A stretch of DNA of 64,000 nucleotides, from contig CM126208.1 in assembly GCA_052327205.1 (NCBI GenBank), positions 143,158,001-143,222,000 on the forward strand, read 5' to 3'. Positions 22,791 to 33,646 of the stretch are shown here, piece after piece. The stretch is from Somniosus microcephalus. Taxonomy: Eukaryota. A program made the translations under genes and the position numbers. How positions within the stretch are numbered: the first letter of the stretch is position 1; the number at the start of each line of letters is the position of its first letter. The notes beneath the pieces are model-generated. The model was given only the letters and a program-made list of their open reading frames with translations. It was not told the origin of the DNA and ran no database searches.

Positions 22791-23902
22791 GGCCTAGAAA
22801 TTCGGATGCACAGCACCCATTTTTTGGGGCGCTAACTGTCCTACTAAGGGTCCCAGTATGGAGGGTAGGAAGCGCTTGCACATTTCCAGCCAGAAGTGCG
22901 ACGTCCACCATACTGGATAAGGTGGATACGCTGGTATCAGGAGTGCATGTCCGGATTATTTAAAGGGAAAATTATTTAATTTAAATTAGGGTATGCTTCT
23001 TGCAGGACTTGTTTTCAATTTTTGATTGCTCCAGTGCTTCACATGCCACTTGCTGAACTCGCACTGCACAAGGTGGCGCTAACTGGCAGGAAGGCCCCCT
23101 CACCGACAATATTTAAATGGTTCACACAGTACTTACAGGTTAGTTGCTGGTTTCTAATTTCAGGCTGCTAGTTAACTTCTGGATATTTTTTGGTGTGTTT
23201 TATCACTCTGGAAAGTTCACGTTGTCTAAACAGTGTAAGATTTTACTGGTGTTGCACTTCTTTTGGCTGCGGCTTTGTGTGGTCTGCTGGGCTGCCTTCG
23301 GGGCAGGAGGACGAGGGGTTGCAGCAAGGAAGACAGCAGAGAGCAGTTGCCAGAAGAGGAAGGAGGAGGAGGAGGGTACTGCCCAGGAGGCTATATCCAC
23401 AATGGGTCTTCAGGGAGCACTTCTCCGACCTGAACTTCACTGAGAAGCAATGCCTCAGGCGCCTTTACTTCACCAAGGAGGCTGTCACCGAGCTATGTCA
23501 CCTGCTGCAACCACAACTTGAGCCTTGCACCAAGGCATGGACAGCACTGACTGTGGCTGTCAAGGTCACCGTAGCCCTCAACTTTTATGCCATTAGCTCT
23601 TTTCAGGCTGCAACTGGTGACGTCAGCGACATCTCACAGTTCGCGGTACATCAATGTACCAGGGAGGTCCCGGAGACTCTCTGGGACAGGTGAAACAGCT
23701 ACATCTCCATCCCTATGGACAGAGCAAAGCAGGTGAGAGAGCATTGGGCTTCGCCCACATGGCAGGCTTCCCCAAAATTGCAAGGTGCCATAGACTGCAC
23801 AAACAAATATTACGTGCTATCTGAATCAATTATAACAGTCACATGCAGTGCACGCCCAGCCCACTGCACGACTGAATCTGGGCGTGATCTGATTTCTAGG
23901 CC
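22791..23902 (+). mobile_element. Internally deleted Harbinger element with transposase N-terminal half (about 23250-23800)
   Basis: Perfect TIR GGCCTAGAAAT / ATTTCTAGGCC; VFREHFSDLNFTEKQCLRRL, VKVTVALNFYA, GAIDCT. Confidence 0.85.
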
Positions 23903-23925
23903 AGTCTATGCAGCTCTTAAATATC

Positions 23926-24058
23926 ACTAAGGGATATGGGGATAGTGTGGAAAGGTGGAGTTGAGGTAGAAGATCAAGTATGATCTTATTGAATGGGGGA
24001 GCAGGCTTGAAGGGCCAAATGGCCTACTCCTGCTCCTATTTCTTATGTTCTTATGTTC
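23926..24058 (+). mobile_element. CR1 3' UTR and tail fragment
   Basis: ...GGCCTACTCCTGCTCCTATTTCTTATGTTCTTATGTTC. Confidence 0.8.
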
Positions 24059-24980
24059 ACAGAGCTGAAAATCTGTGTGTGGTTGGGAGGGGTGGGGGGC
24101 AGAGGGCTGCATCCCAGGGATGTGCCTGCCAGGAACCTCTACCACTGACCCTAGAAGATTTTCTGTCATCAGACAGAGGTTCCCTACTTTGAATCCCAAT
24201 GGCGGGCAACTGCTCCACCATGGAAACATCTCTGGTGCCTGCCTGCCTGCACCTGGAGGTGACAAACCACATTGTACTGTGTCTGTCTGAGGGGGATTGT
24301 TGCTCCTCACCCCCTCTGCCCGCCCCCCCCACTCCCGGAAAGGTGAAAATACTGCCCTTTAGCACTCTTTGTAAGGGGGCTACTTCAAAAATATAAAAAA
24401 ATGACAACCTGAAATCTGAGGTCCAGGCCCTGTTGCCCGACCTGGACCCCGGGTGAGTATAGTCATGGGGGAAAAATTCAGTTGGTTTGTGCCTCCCATT
24501 AACGCCTTAAGAGGGCACGAATGGGGCGCAAAGCAACTAGCGCCCGGGCGAGGCGATATCTGCGCCTCTCGCGGAATTGACCGGACATTTTGCGGCGGTG
24601 CTAAACAATACCGCTCGATCTCCTGCGCATGCAGATCTTGATGTCATTCGAGCGTGCAACGCCCTTGGGGCGCCCTGGAATGGAAATTGAGTGGCGACCC
24701 CCTCCCTTCCGCCTGGCGCTACCAATGACAGGTAGACTGGAACGCTACCCAGTCATGGTGGGGCTGGGGGGGGTGCTATTTAAAGGGGGCCTCTTCCTGG
24801 CCTTTTCTGTGGTAGGCATTTTTGCATCACTCGTTCTGAGAGAGAGAGAGAGATTTTGAGAGAGAGAGAAAGAGAGACTTCTGCATTGAGTCAACGCTGT
24901 CTGAAATAGTTTTGGCTTCTGACCATAACTTTGCAGGTACTTTGGTTTTTGACCTTCATAACTTTGATTGCCCAGATACT

Positions 24981-26141
24981 ATGGGGGCTGCAATGAATGG
25001 GGGCGTCGTCCTGTGCCATCAGATTCGGAGGGCACAGAGACGCAGAGAGAGAGTAGCAATCATGGCCAGACGGAGGAGGGCCAACAGGCCTCTGTACAGG
25101 AGACTTTACCCTCCCAGGGTATTTCGCCAACAATTCTCCTACATTAATATGTCTGAGGAACAGTGTTTGCGAAGGCTGCGCTTCAGTAAGGAGGTGGTCA
25201 CGGAGCTCTGCCACCTGCTGCAGCCAGCTCTGCAGCCTCAACTGAGGACCAGGATGTCTCTGTCAGTGGCAGTGAAGATAACAGTGGCTCTGAACCTTTA
25301 TGCCACCGGCTCATTTCAATCAGCTACTGGGGACATCGCCAATATCTCCCAGTTCGTGGTGCATTGCTGCATCCATCAGGTCACAAATGCCCTCTATAAA
25401 AGGAGACAAGAGTACATCTCTTTCCCCATGACCCCGGACAAGCAGCAAGAATGCACAATGGGCTTTGCAATGATAGCTGGCTTCCCCATGGTGCAGGGCG
25501 CCATTGACTGCACGCATGTGGCTTTGCGTGCTCCGCATGAGAATGCCGAGGATTTCCGCAACTGAAAGGGCTTCCATTCCTTAAACGTTCAGATGGTCTG
25601 TGACCACAGACAGCTGATACTCGCTGTCAATGCCCACTATCCTGGCAGCAGCCACGATGCATTCATCCTGCGCCAGACTACTGTGGCAGAACTTTTCCAG
25701 GCACTGCATCACCCAGGTGGTTGGCTTCTCGGTGACAAGGGATATCCACTGTGCACCTGGCTGATGACACCGCTCCATACGCCCAACACCCCTGCTGAGC
25801 TGCAGTACAACGAGAGCCATCAAGCTACCAGGAACATTGTTGAGCACACAATCGGCGTGCTCAAGCAATGGTTCCGCTGTCTGGACCATTCTGGAGGAGC
25901 CCTGCAGTACTCGCCTGAGCGAGTCTCCCACTTTGTTGTTGTGTGCTGCATGCTGCATAACCTGGCAATCCTCAGGACCCAGCCAATGCCACCAGGCATT
26001 GGAGCACCACCAGAGGAGGAGGAGGAAGAGGAGGAGGAAGATGAGGAGGATTATGATCAGCAGCACCAAGGCGGGAGGGAGGCACACAATGTCGAAACTG
26101 GAAGGGCCGTCCGTCAACGGCTGATAGCAAGCCGCTCCTAG
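24981..26141 (+). pseudogene. Harbinger C DDE transposase, intact apart from one nonsense codon (25563-25565)
   Basis: FRN*KGFHS versus YRNRKGFHS in Harbinger B; GAIDCTH, HDAF, GDKGY and RNIVEH all in one frame. Confidence 0.93.
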
Positions 26142-26374
26142 GCCCCTGCTTCTGCCATTGAGAGCAACATGAATGAAACCAACCCGCAACCCCTAAGCCG
26201 GCCAAGGCAACAATGATTGCAAAGACCAAACATGTACATTTTGAATACAAAAACATTTTTATTTTGCAAACTCTGTGTGTGTCATTTCTGCATGACTAAC
26301 TAATAGAAAGAAACACAAGAAAAACAGTCATTAACATAACTGGCTCTCACAACCTGGAGATAATGTCCAAAACA

Positions 26375-27340
26375 CTAAAAAAAAAATTGACCACGAGCCT
26401 CGGCCTTTAATAAAAAAATGAACAACATTTTGTCACACCTCCTACTTTTTGCCCTTCGAGGGTGATCTTCCCTTACGCACTTCCCCCCTTCCCACCCTAC
26501 AGCTCCTCCGTAATGGGACCTCAGTGGCTGCAGCAAGGCTGGTGGAAGGCTGCTGATTGTCACAACCTGAGACTGCAGATGCCCTTGAAGGACGGCCTTG
26601 ACCAGCTCTGGGCCTGGAGGGCCCGGCTGCAGACTGCACCAACTCTGCCTGTAGTCTGTCCTACAGGCGGTGGCAAGTGCAGTGGAGAAGTGACAGTGGT
26701 GGCAGCAGGAATGCTGTAATCTTGAGAGAGGACAGCAACTCCCTGCTCGACCGACACACTGGCACTCCCATAGGGCAGCACTTCAGCATCCGGAGCAATC
26801 TGCTGGAGCACAGATTGCTGGCCTGCTGCGGCGCGGTGAGAGCTCCGGGGAAATGTGTCCGAACCAACGAGGATGGCAGCAGTCAGTGCTCGCGTGGCCT
26901 CAATCTGAGCCTGCATGAGAACAGTCAGAGATGGGCTCATGGCAGCCAGTGACTGAATTGCAGTACTAAGCATTTGCGTGGCATCCGCCTGTGCTACCGC
27001 GAAGTGCTCCACACTCCTTGCCAGTGATTCAATGCATTCGGGCACCCTTCCCACTGCACCCATGAGCTCAGTGTGCCTGTGCATCGCCTGGGTGTTCATT
27101 TCAGCGAGGAGCCGCTTCTCATCTGCGTCCAGTGTAGTAGGACTCGCTGGTATACGCTCCTTCCGGGGAGAAGGCCCCCGAGCTTCCCTACCCCCATTGC
27201 GTTGCTGCAGCCCGCTGGGTCCTGGAGCTTCACCCTCATCAGACCCTTCCCCCCTGCTCCCCTCCAGGGAAGGCGTGTTCCCAGTGTGGGCATGGGCTTC
27301 CTTGGGAGAGGGTGGTGCTGATGCTCCGGCTTCCTCTTCC
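26375..27340 (-). pseudogene. Harbinger C Myb gene, exon 3 portion
   Basis: Homologous to 10635-11620 (EAGASAPPS...RLLAEMNTQAMHRHTELM...PLRRSCRVGRG). Confidence 0.8.
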
Positions 27341-27458
27341 TCCTTGTTCCTGTACTCGAACCCTCTTGCTACGAAGGCCAAGATACCATTGGCCTTCTTA
27401 ACCGCCTGCTGCACCTGCATGCTTACCTTCAGCGACTGGTGCACAAGAACACCCAGGT

Positions 27459-30400
27459 TGTTAAGTCTGTGTGTTATAGTGATAATTACTGCACAGACTA
27501 CAAGAGTAAATTCAACAGGTCTTTACTGGTTGGAGGTCGGGACTATATTGAATACAATATTACTACACAGTGCTTATATACCGGTGTGGTCACCACCGGT
27601 ATTACGTATACAGCAGCCAGAGAAAGTAGTACATCTCTTAAGGTGGAACAGGCTTAAGTTCTCTTAAGGTGGAACAGGTTACATACACCACAATCCTCCC
27701 TTTTTAGCTTAACAGTCATATCCCCATTTAACATAACATAATAACATATATACATATATAACTTCAGGTATAACAGTTCAAAGGTTCAGTCTCTCAGGAG
27801 GCTTTCTGATGCGGCTTGGATAACACCTCTCAGTAGTCTCTGATTCTTGTTGTTGAGGTGCCTCCTCTATTTGGTTTCCAATGTATTGGGTGTCATCATC
27901 ATCAAGTACATTCCCTGCCGAGGTAGATGCTTCAGGTTCATTAACGTCTTCCACAGTTGTCTCTGTCACAACCATGGGTTCGACCCTTGCTCTCGACTCT
28001 ACCAGTTGATCCGCATGACGCCTTATCACATTATGACCAATATCTACTGTGTACATCAGAGGTCCTTGTCTGGCCCAAATTGTTCCGGACTGCCATTTTT
28101 CGTTTCCATAGCCCCTTGCCAACACTGGTTGTCCTACGTCGAAAGTTCGAGTGGTCTTGTTGTTAATATGCCGAAACTGTTTGTTTTCCACTTCCCTCCG
28201 CACATTTGGTTTTAACAAGTCCAACTTGGACCGCAACTTCCTGTTATAAAACATCATGGCAGGACTTTGGTTAGTCACTGCATGATCGGCGTTTCGATAT
28301 AACATCAGGAACTTGTCGACCTTGTGTTGCAGTGGAATCTGATCATCGTTCATGGCCTTAATTGCCTTTTTGAATGTCTGGACAAATCTTTCAGCCAACC
28401 CGTTTGTCGCCGGATGATATGGGGCAGAGGTATAATGTTTTACTCCATTCTTCTTTAAGAATTGTCGGAATTCTTCCGATACAAACTGTGGTCCGTTGTC
28501 CGAACAGACCTGTTCTGGCAATCCATTCCTTGCGAATATTGTTCTTAACACCGCAATTGTCTTTTCTGAAGTAGTGGTATTCATCTTGATGACTTCTGGC
28601 CATTTGGAATGTGCGTCCACCGCGATTAGGAACATGGAGTCCATGAATGGACCAGCAAAGTCAATGTGTACGCGTTGCCATGGGGCTGAAGGCCATTCCC
28701 ATGGGTGTAGCGGTGCTATCGGAGGTGCATTTTGCACTTTTTGGCACCCAGCGCAGCTTTTCGTTAACTCCTCAATCTGTTGGTCAATACCCGGCCACCA
28801 TACATAAGCCCTAGCAAGACTTTTCATTTTAACTCCCCCCAGATGACCTTCATGCAGTTCGTTTAAAACTCTTTCCCTTAACTTGGGAGGAATAATCACT
28901 CTTGTCCCGTACATCAAGGTACCATGGCAGACGGACAGCTGGTCTCGCCTTGCCGAAAATGCCGGTAACAGAGGAACACCCCGTGTTGGCCATCCTTTCA
29001 CTGTCACCTCGTAGACTCTGGACAGTGTCGGGTCGTTCCTGGTTTCTCTTTCAATACTTGCACTGGTGACTGGTAAACACTCGATGATGGTCGAATGAAA
29101 TAACTCAACAGGGTCAACTTTCGTCGTGTCTTCTTCTTCAGGTAGTGGCAGGCGCGACAGCCCATCAGCATTGCCATGCTGTTTCGTACCTTTGAATTCT
29201 ATTTGATATTGATGTGCCCCTAGGAAAAGAGACCATCTCTGGAGACGCTGTGCTGTCATCACCGAAACACCCTTCTTAGGGTTAAAAATGGATACCAACG
29301 GTTGATGGTCTGTCAGAAGTGTGAATTTTTGGCCCTGCAGGTAATGATTAAACTTCTTCACTCCCCATACAAGGCTAAGAGCCTCCCTATCGATCTGCGC
29401 ATAGTTGCGCTCAGCGGAGGTCAATGATCTGGATGCAAACGCGACTGGCCTTTCCATGCCATTTGGCAACTTGTGTGAGAGTACTGCCCCAATACCATAT
29501 GGAGAAGCATCACAAGCCAACCGAATAGGCAGTGTCGGGTTGAAGTGAGCCAACACTTCCTCTGAGGTGATCAATTCTTTGCTTTTGCGAAATGCCTTCT
29601 TACAGTTTTCGCCCCATTCCCATGGTACCCCTTTCTGTAAAAGAGCGTTTAACGGGTGCAGTACCGTGGATAGATTTGGCAGAAATTTATGGTAATAGTT
29701 AATTAATCCTAGAAACGACCTCAACTGAGAGACATTCTCCAGAGCGGGAGCCTTTACAACTGCCTCAATCTTGTCAGGAGACTTATGAAGCCCCTCCCGG
29801 TCAATGACATGGCCACAGTACGAGATCCGCTTCTGGAAGAACTCACATTTCTGCCGATTTACTCTAAGTCCATACTCTTTCAGTCTGTTGAGCACCAGTT
29901 CCAAGTTTGCGAGATGTTGTTCATCACCATCACCTGTGATCAGAATATCGTCCAGGTAACATTGTGTGCCTGGAATTCCCTGTAATACCTGCTCCATGGC
30001 CCTCTGCCAAATTGCTGGAGCCGATGCCACTCCAAAAACCAGCCTATTGTACCGGTACAACCCTCGATGCGTATTGATCGTGAGGTATTGGCGTGACTCT
30101 TCCTCAACCTCCATCTGCAAGTACGCCTGCGCCAGGTCTATCTTGGTGAAGTGTTTCCCACCAGACAATGAAGCGAAAATATCCTCAATCCGTGGAAGCG
30201 GATACTGCACCGTGTGAAGCACCGGATTAACGGTGATTTTGAAATCTCCACAGATGCGAACCTTCCCTGGATCTCCTGGCTTGTTGCTCGCAGGACGTTT
30301 CATAACGGGAACAATGGGCGTAGCCCACTCACTCCAATCTACCTTAGACAGTACACCTGAACGTTCTAGTGCTTCCAGTTCTGCTTCTACAGTAGGTCGT

Positions 30401-32538
30401 ATTGCATAGGGTACCGGTCTGGCTTTAAAAAATTTTGGTTGTGCATGTTCATCAATCTTGATGTTTGCCGTAATTCCTCTCAGTGTTCCCAGTCCCTGCT
30501 GGAACACCTCTTTAGCATCATCCAATATTCTGGACAATCGTTTAGGTTTGACATCTGTTTCCCCGGAATCTACCATTAGTACCTTCAAGGAGTGCCAGTC
30601 CATATTCATTTTCCTAATCCACTCCCGTCCTAGTAGTGGTGGACCTCCTTCAGGTAGCACATATAAGTCCATTACTTGGCTTTCTTCGCCCTTGTGGACC
30701 ACTTCTACCTCTATTTTTCCGATGGGGTACACTCTTTGCCCCGTGTATGTTTTCAATATAATCTCCGTATCCTGTAGGGGAATATGTTGGAATAACCTTC
30801 TGTAATCTTTCTTATTCATGACCGTCAATGCCGATCCAGTGTCCAATTCCATTTTTACTTGGACTCCTGCTATCTGAAGAGTGACCCAAATTGTCTGGAG
30901 ATCTGCATCCTTAACAACGTTGTGTACTCTTAAGCTATCCAGTTCATTGCTGCTAGCGTCTGAATCTGACTTCTGTTCGGTCAAACTGTTCTTTGTCACC
31001 TTGTGTACCTTTGCGTATTTTCCTTGCGGTGACTTTTTGTTGCTGGTCTTCTTTCCTGACCGGCATACTTTAGCTATGTGGCCAAGCCTGCCACACGTTC
31101 TGCATTCTTGGTTTTTAAACCAACACTGGTTCTGATCGTGCGTTGTCTTTCCACAACGATAACATTTGACAGAACTCAAACCCAATTTGTTTGTACCGAG
31201 TTCCGGTGACCGTAGCTGCATTACTGCCGTGCCTCTCGCTGCGGCTTCGTGTGCTGCTGCCATAGTGACCGCCTTCTCAAGCGTCAGCTCATTCTCCTCG
31301 AGCAGCCGCTTTTGTGTATCCTGTTTAAATAAACCACACACAAATTTATCTCATAGTGCCTCTGTCAGTCCCGTTCCAAACTGACAATATTTTGCTAGCT
31401 TACGTAGTTCCATCAAATATTCAGCATTGCTTTCATTCTGCAGCTGCCTTCTGTCATAAAATTTAAATCGTTCCGCTAGCATCAGCGGCGTGGGGTTTAG
31501 ATGATTTTTCAGGACAGTAACAATCTCATCGAATGTCTTATCCGCCGGTTCATCTGGTGATAACAGGTGTTTCAATTGCCCATATGTCTTCGCACCCATT
31601 AAATTTAATAATGTTAGTGCTTTATCTGCATCAGGAATTTTATTTGCCTTACAATAATTTTGTATGCGTTCTACATACATGGCCCAATCTTCGATGTCAC
31701 TATCAAAGGTATTAATGTTCCCATGTTTAGGCATCGTTGCAATTTATTGTATTTTTATGTTATCCAAGATGGCGGCTTCCCGCTCTTGTCGTCGTCCTCC
31801 GCCCACAAAATGGCGGTTTTCCTGCGCTTGGCGGTCTTCAACCATCCCCCGACGCTGTCTCTGCTTCACCGCGGCTCTCGTGCCTTCAGTTTCCCCAGAC
31901 GCTGCGCCTTTTAGCCCGAATGCGGCCCTTATCTCCGGTCGCGATCGATGTCCCCGCGCTGCGCCTCTCGCTCGAAAGCGGCCCGGCCCTTATCTCCGGT
32001 CGCGATCGATCTCACCGCCCTTATTCCTCCGTCTTCCCAGCCCCGTCTGTACAGCCAACGCGGTTGACTTTCTGTCGCGTCGCTGCCGACTTACCCACCA
32101 CCGAGGTAGAAAGAAGAAAGCTGACAGTCGCTGATGGAGGCTTCGAGGTCAGGATGTCTTCTGCACTCCGGTTTCTCGATGCCTGCCGCTCGACGCGTCT
32201 TCCAGTAGGGTGATGAGGGTGGAAACCTCTCTTCGACGTCCTGTCTGTGGACGAAGCCGCCGTGGAAATAACTGCCGCAGGGTAAGAATCGGACTCGTCG
32301 CCACTGTTAAGTCTGTGTGTTATAGTGATAATTACTACACAGACTACAAGAGTAAATTCAACAGGTCTTTACTGGTTGGAGGTCGGGACTATATTGAATA
32401 CAATATTACTACACAGTGCTTATATACCGGTGTGGTCACCACCGGTATTACGTATACAGCAGCCAGAGAAAGTAGTACATCTCTTAAGGTGGAACAGGCT
32501 TAAGTTCTCTTAAGGTGGAACAGGTTACATACACCACA
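27459..32538 (-). mobile_element. Gypsy-2: full-length Ty3/Gypsy (Mag-like) LTR retrotransposon
   Basis: 234-bp TG...CA LTRs (27459-27692, 32305-32538) with 1 mismatch; TSD CAGGT/CAGTT; PBS TGGCGACGAG at 32294-32303; PPT AAAAAGGGAGGAT. Confidence 0.97.
27778..31734 (-). pseudogene. Gag-Pol polyprotein with a single in-frame TGA in gag (31351-31353); pol motifs intact
   Basis: TEAL*DKFVCG versus DTLRDKFVCG in Gypsy-1; LDTGS, YLDD, RNase H and HHCC/DDE integrase motifs present. Confidence 0.92.
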
Positions 32539-33067
32539 CAGTTCTCTTTGCACTTCCCCTTCTCCCAATCTATTGCCATTCAAATAATAATCAGCCTTCC
32601 TGTTTTTGCCACCAAAGTGGATAACCTCACATTTATCCCCATTATAGTGCATTTGCCATGTTTCTGCCCAATCACCCAATCTGTCCAAATCGTACTGGAG
32701 TTTCTCGACATCCTCCTCACAGCTTACCCTCCCACCCAGCTTTGTGTCGTCTGCAAATTTGGAGATATTACATCCAATTCCCTCGTCCAGATCATTAATA
32801 TATATTGTGAACAGCTGGGGTCCTAGGACCGATCCTTGCGGTACCCCACTAGTCACTGCCTGCCACTCGGAAAATGACCCATTTATTCCAACTCTCTGCC
32901 TTCTGTCCGCCAACCAGTTCTCTATCCAAGTCAATACCTTGCCCCCAATCCCATGTGCCTTAATTTTGCACGCTAATCTCTTATGTGGGACCTTATTTTA
33001 AGACCCTCTGGCCATAGAATGAGGTTGAGATGGAGGGATGGAGAGGTTTTGAAAAGAAGCCACTCAC

Positions 33068-33304
33068 CCTGATGACCCAAGTGAGGTCGTTGAACTTTTT
33101 TCTACATTGGATATGGGTCCTGGGCACCATGCACCTTGAGGAGACGCTCTGAGCCACCTCCCTCCACACTTTTCTGTACTCGCGTGGCAAAGGCCTCCTG
33201 CCACTCTCTGGGTACAAAATGGATCTTCTGCGCTCCACCCGCGAACCAGAGCCTGGAAAGGCCCGCTCGCTGAAGCGACGTGCTCGCTCCCTGGCCCTCT
33301 CCAT
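33068..33304 (-). pseudogene. Harbinger C Myb gene exon 1
   Basis: MERARERARRFSE...WREVAQSV...QCRKKFNDL followed by a GTGAGT donor. Confidence 0.85.
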
Positions 33305-33646
33305 AGTCCTTGCCTGCAAGATTTAGCCACAGGTCTGTCCAGGCCGAGATTCAAGGCTCCAATGAGTAGGGTGTGGCTGGAGAGCAAGATTGACCCTCCC
33401 CTTTAAGAACTGACTGGCGCCAGTGTGTCTGTGTTCAATCGGTAACTGACAGCACCTGCGCTGCGCCCGTGCTCTGAGGTAGCGCCTCGCTCCTCGGCCT
33501 TAGTGCCTTAAGAGAGGTGTGTTACGCCTGATTAAGCGCTCCAATCACCTCCAGGTGTGATAAAAGCCAAATTTGCCGTCGGAGGCGATAATTTTGCGCA
33601 CGGCCGATAACGGCGCCCCAAACAGGGTGATACTGAATTTCTCCCC

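Larger units (their letters stand above)
27341..32998 (-). mobile_element. Internal CR1 RT fragment (27341-27458 plus 32539-32998), lacking both ends and split by Gypsy-2
   Basis: SGVPQGSVLGP, FADDTKLG, KKANGILAFVARGFEYRNKE; no 3' UTR or tail. Confidence 0.88.
24467..33646 (+). mobile_element. Harbinger C: same family as Harbinger B, inverted, interrupted by a CR1 fragment and Gypsy-2
   Basis: TIRs GGGGGAAAAATTCAGT / ACTGAATTTCTCCCC; probable TSD CAT. Confidence 0.9.

Noticed and set aside
3432-26141. Calling the transposase or Myb ORFs domesticated host genes (HARBI1, NAIF1, MSANTD)
   Set aside because: All lie between TIRs, are multicopy and carry stops or frameshifts.
31351-31353. Programmed gag-pol stop-codon readthrough
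   Set aside because: The stop lies in the capsid region upstream of the zinc knuckles at a position that is Arg in Gypsy-1; a CGA>TGA mutation is simpler.
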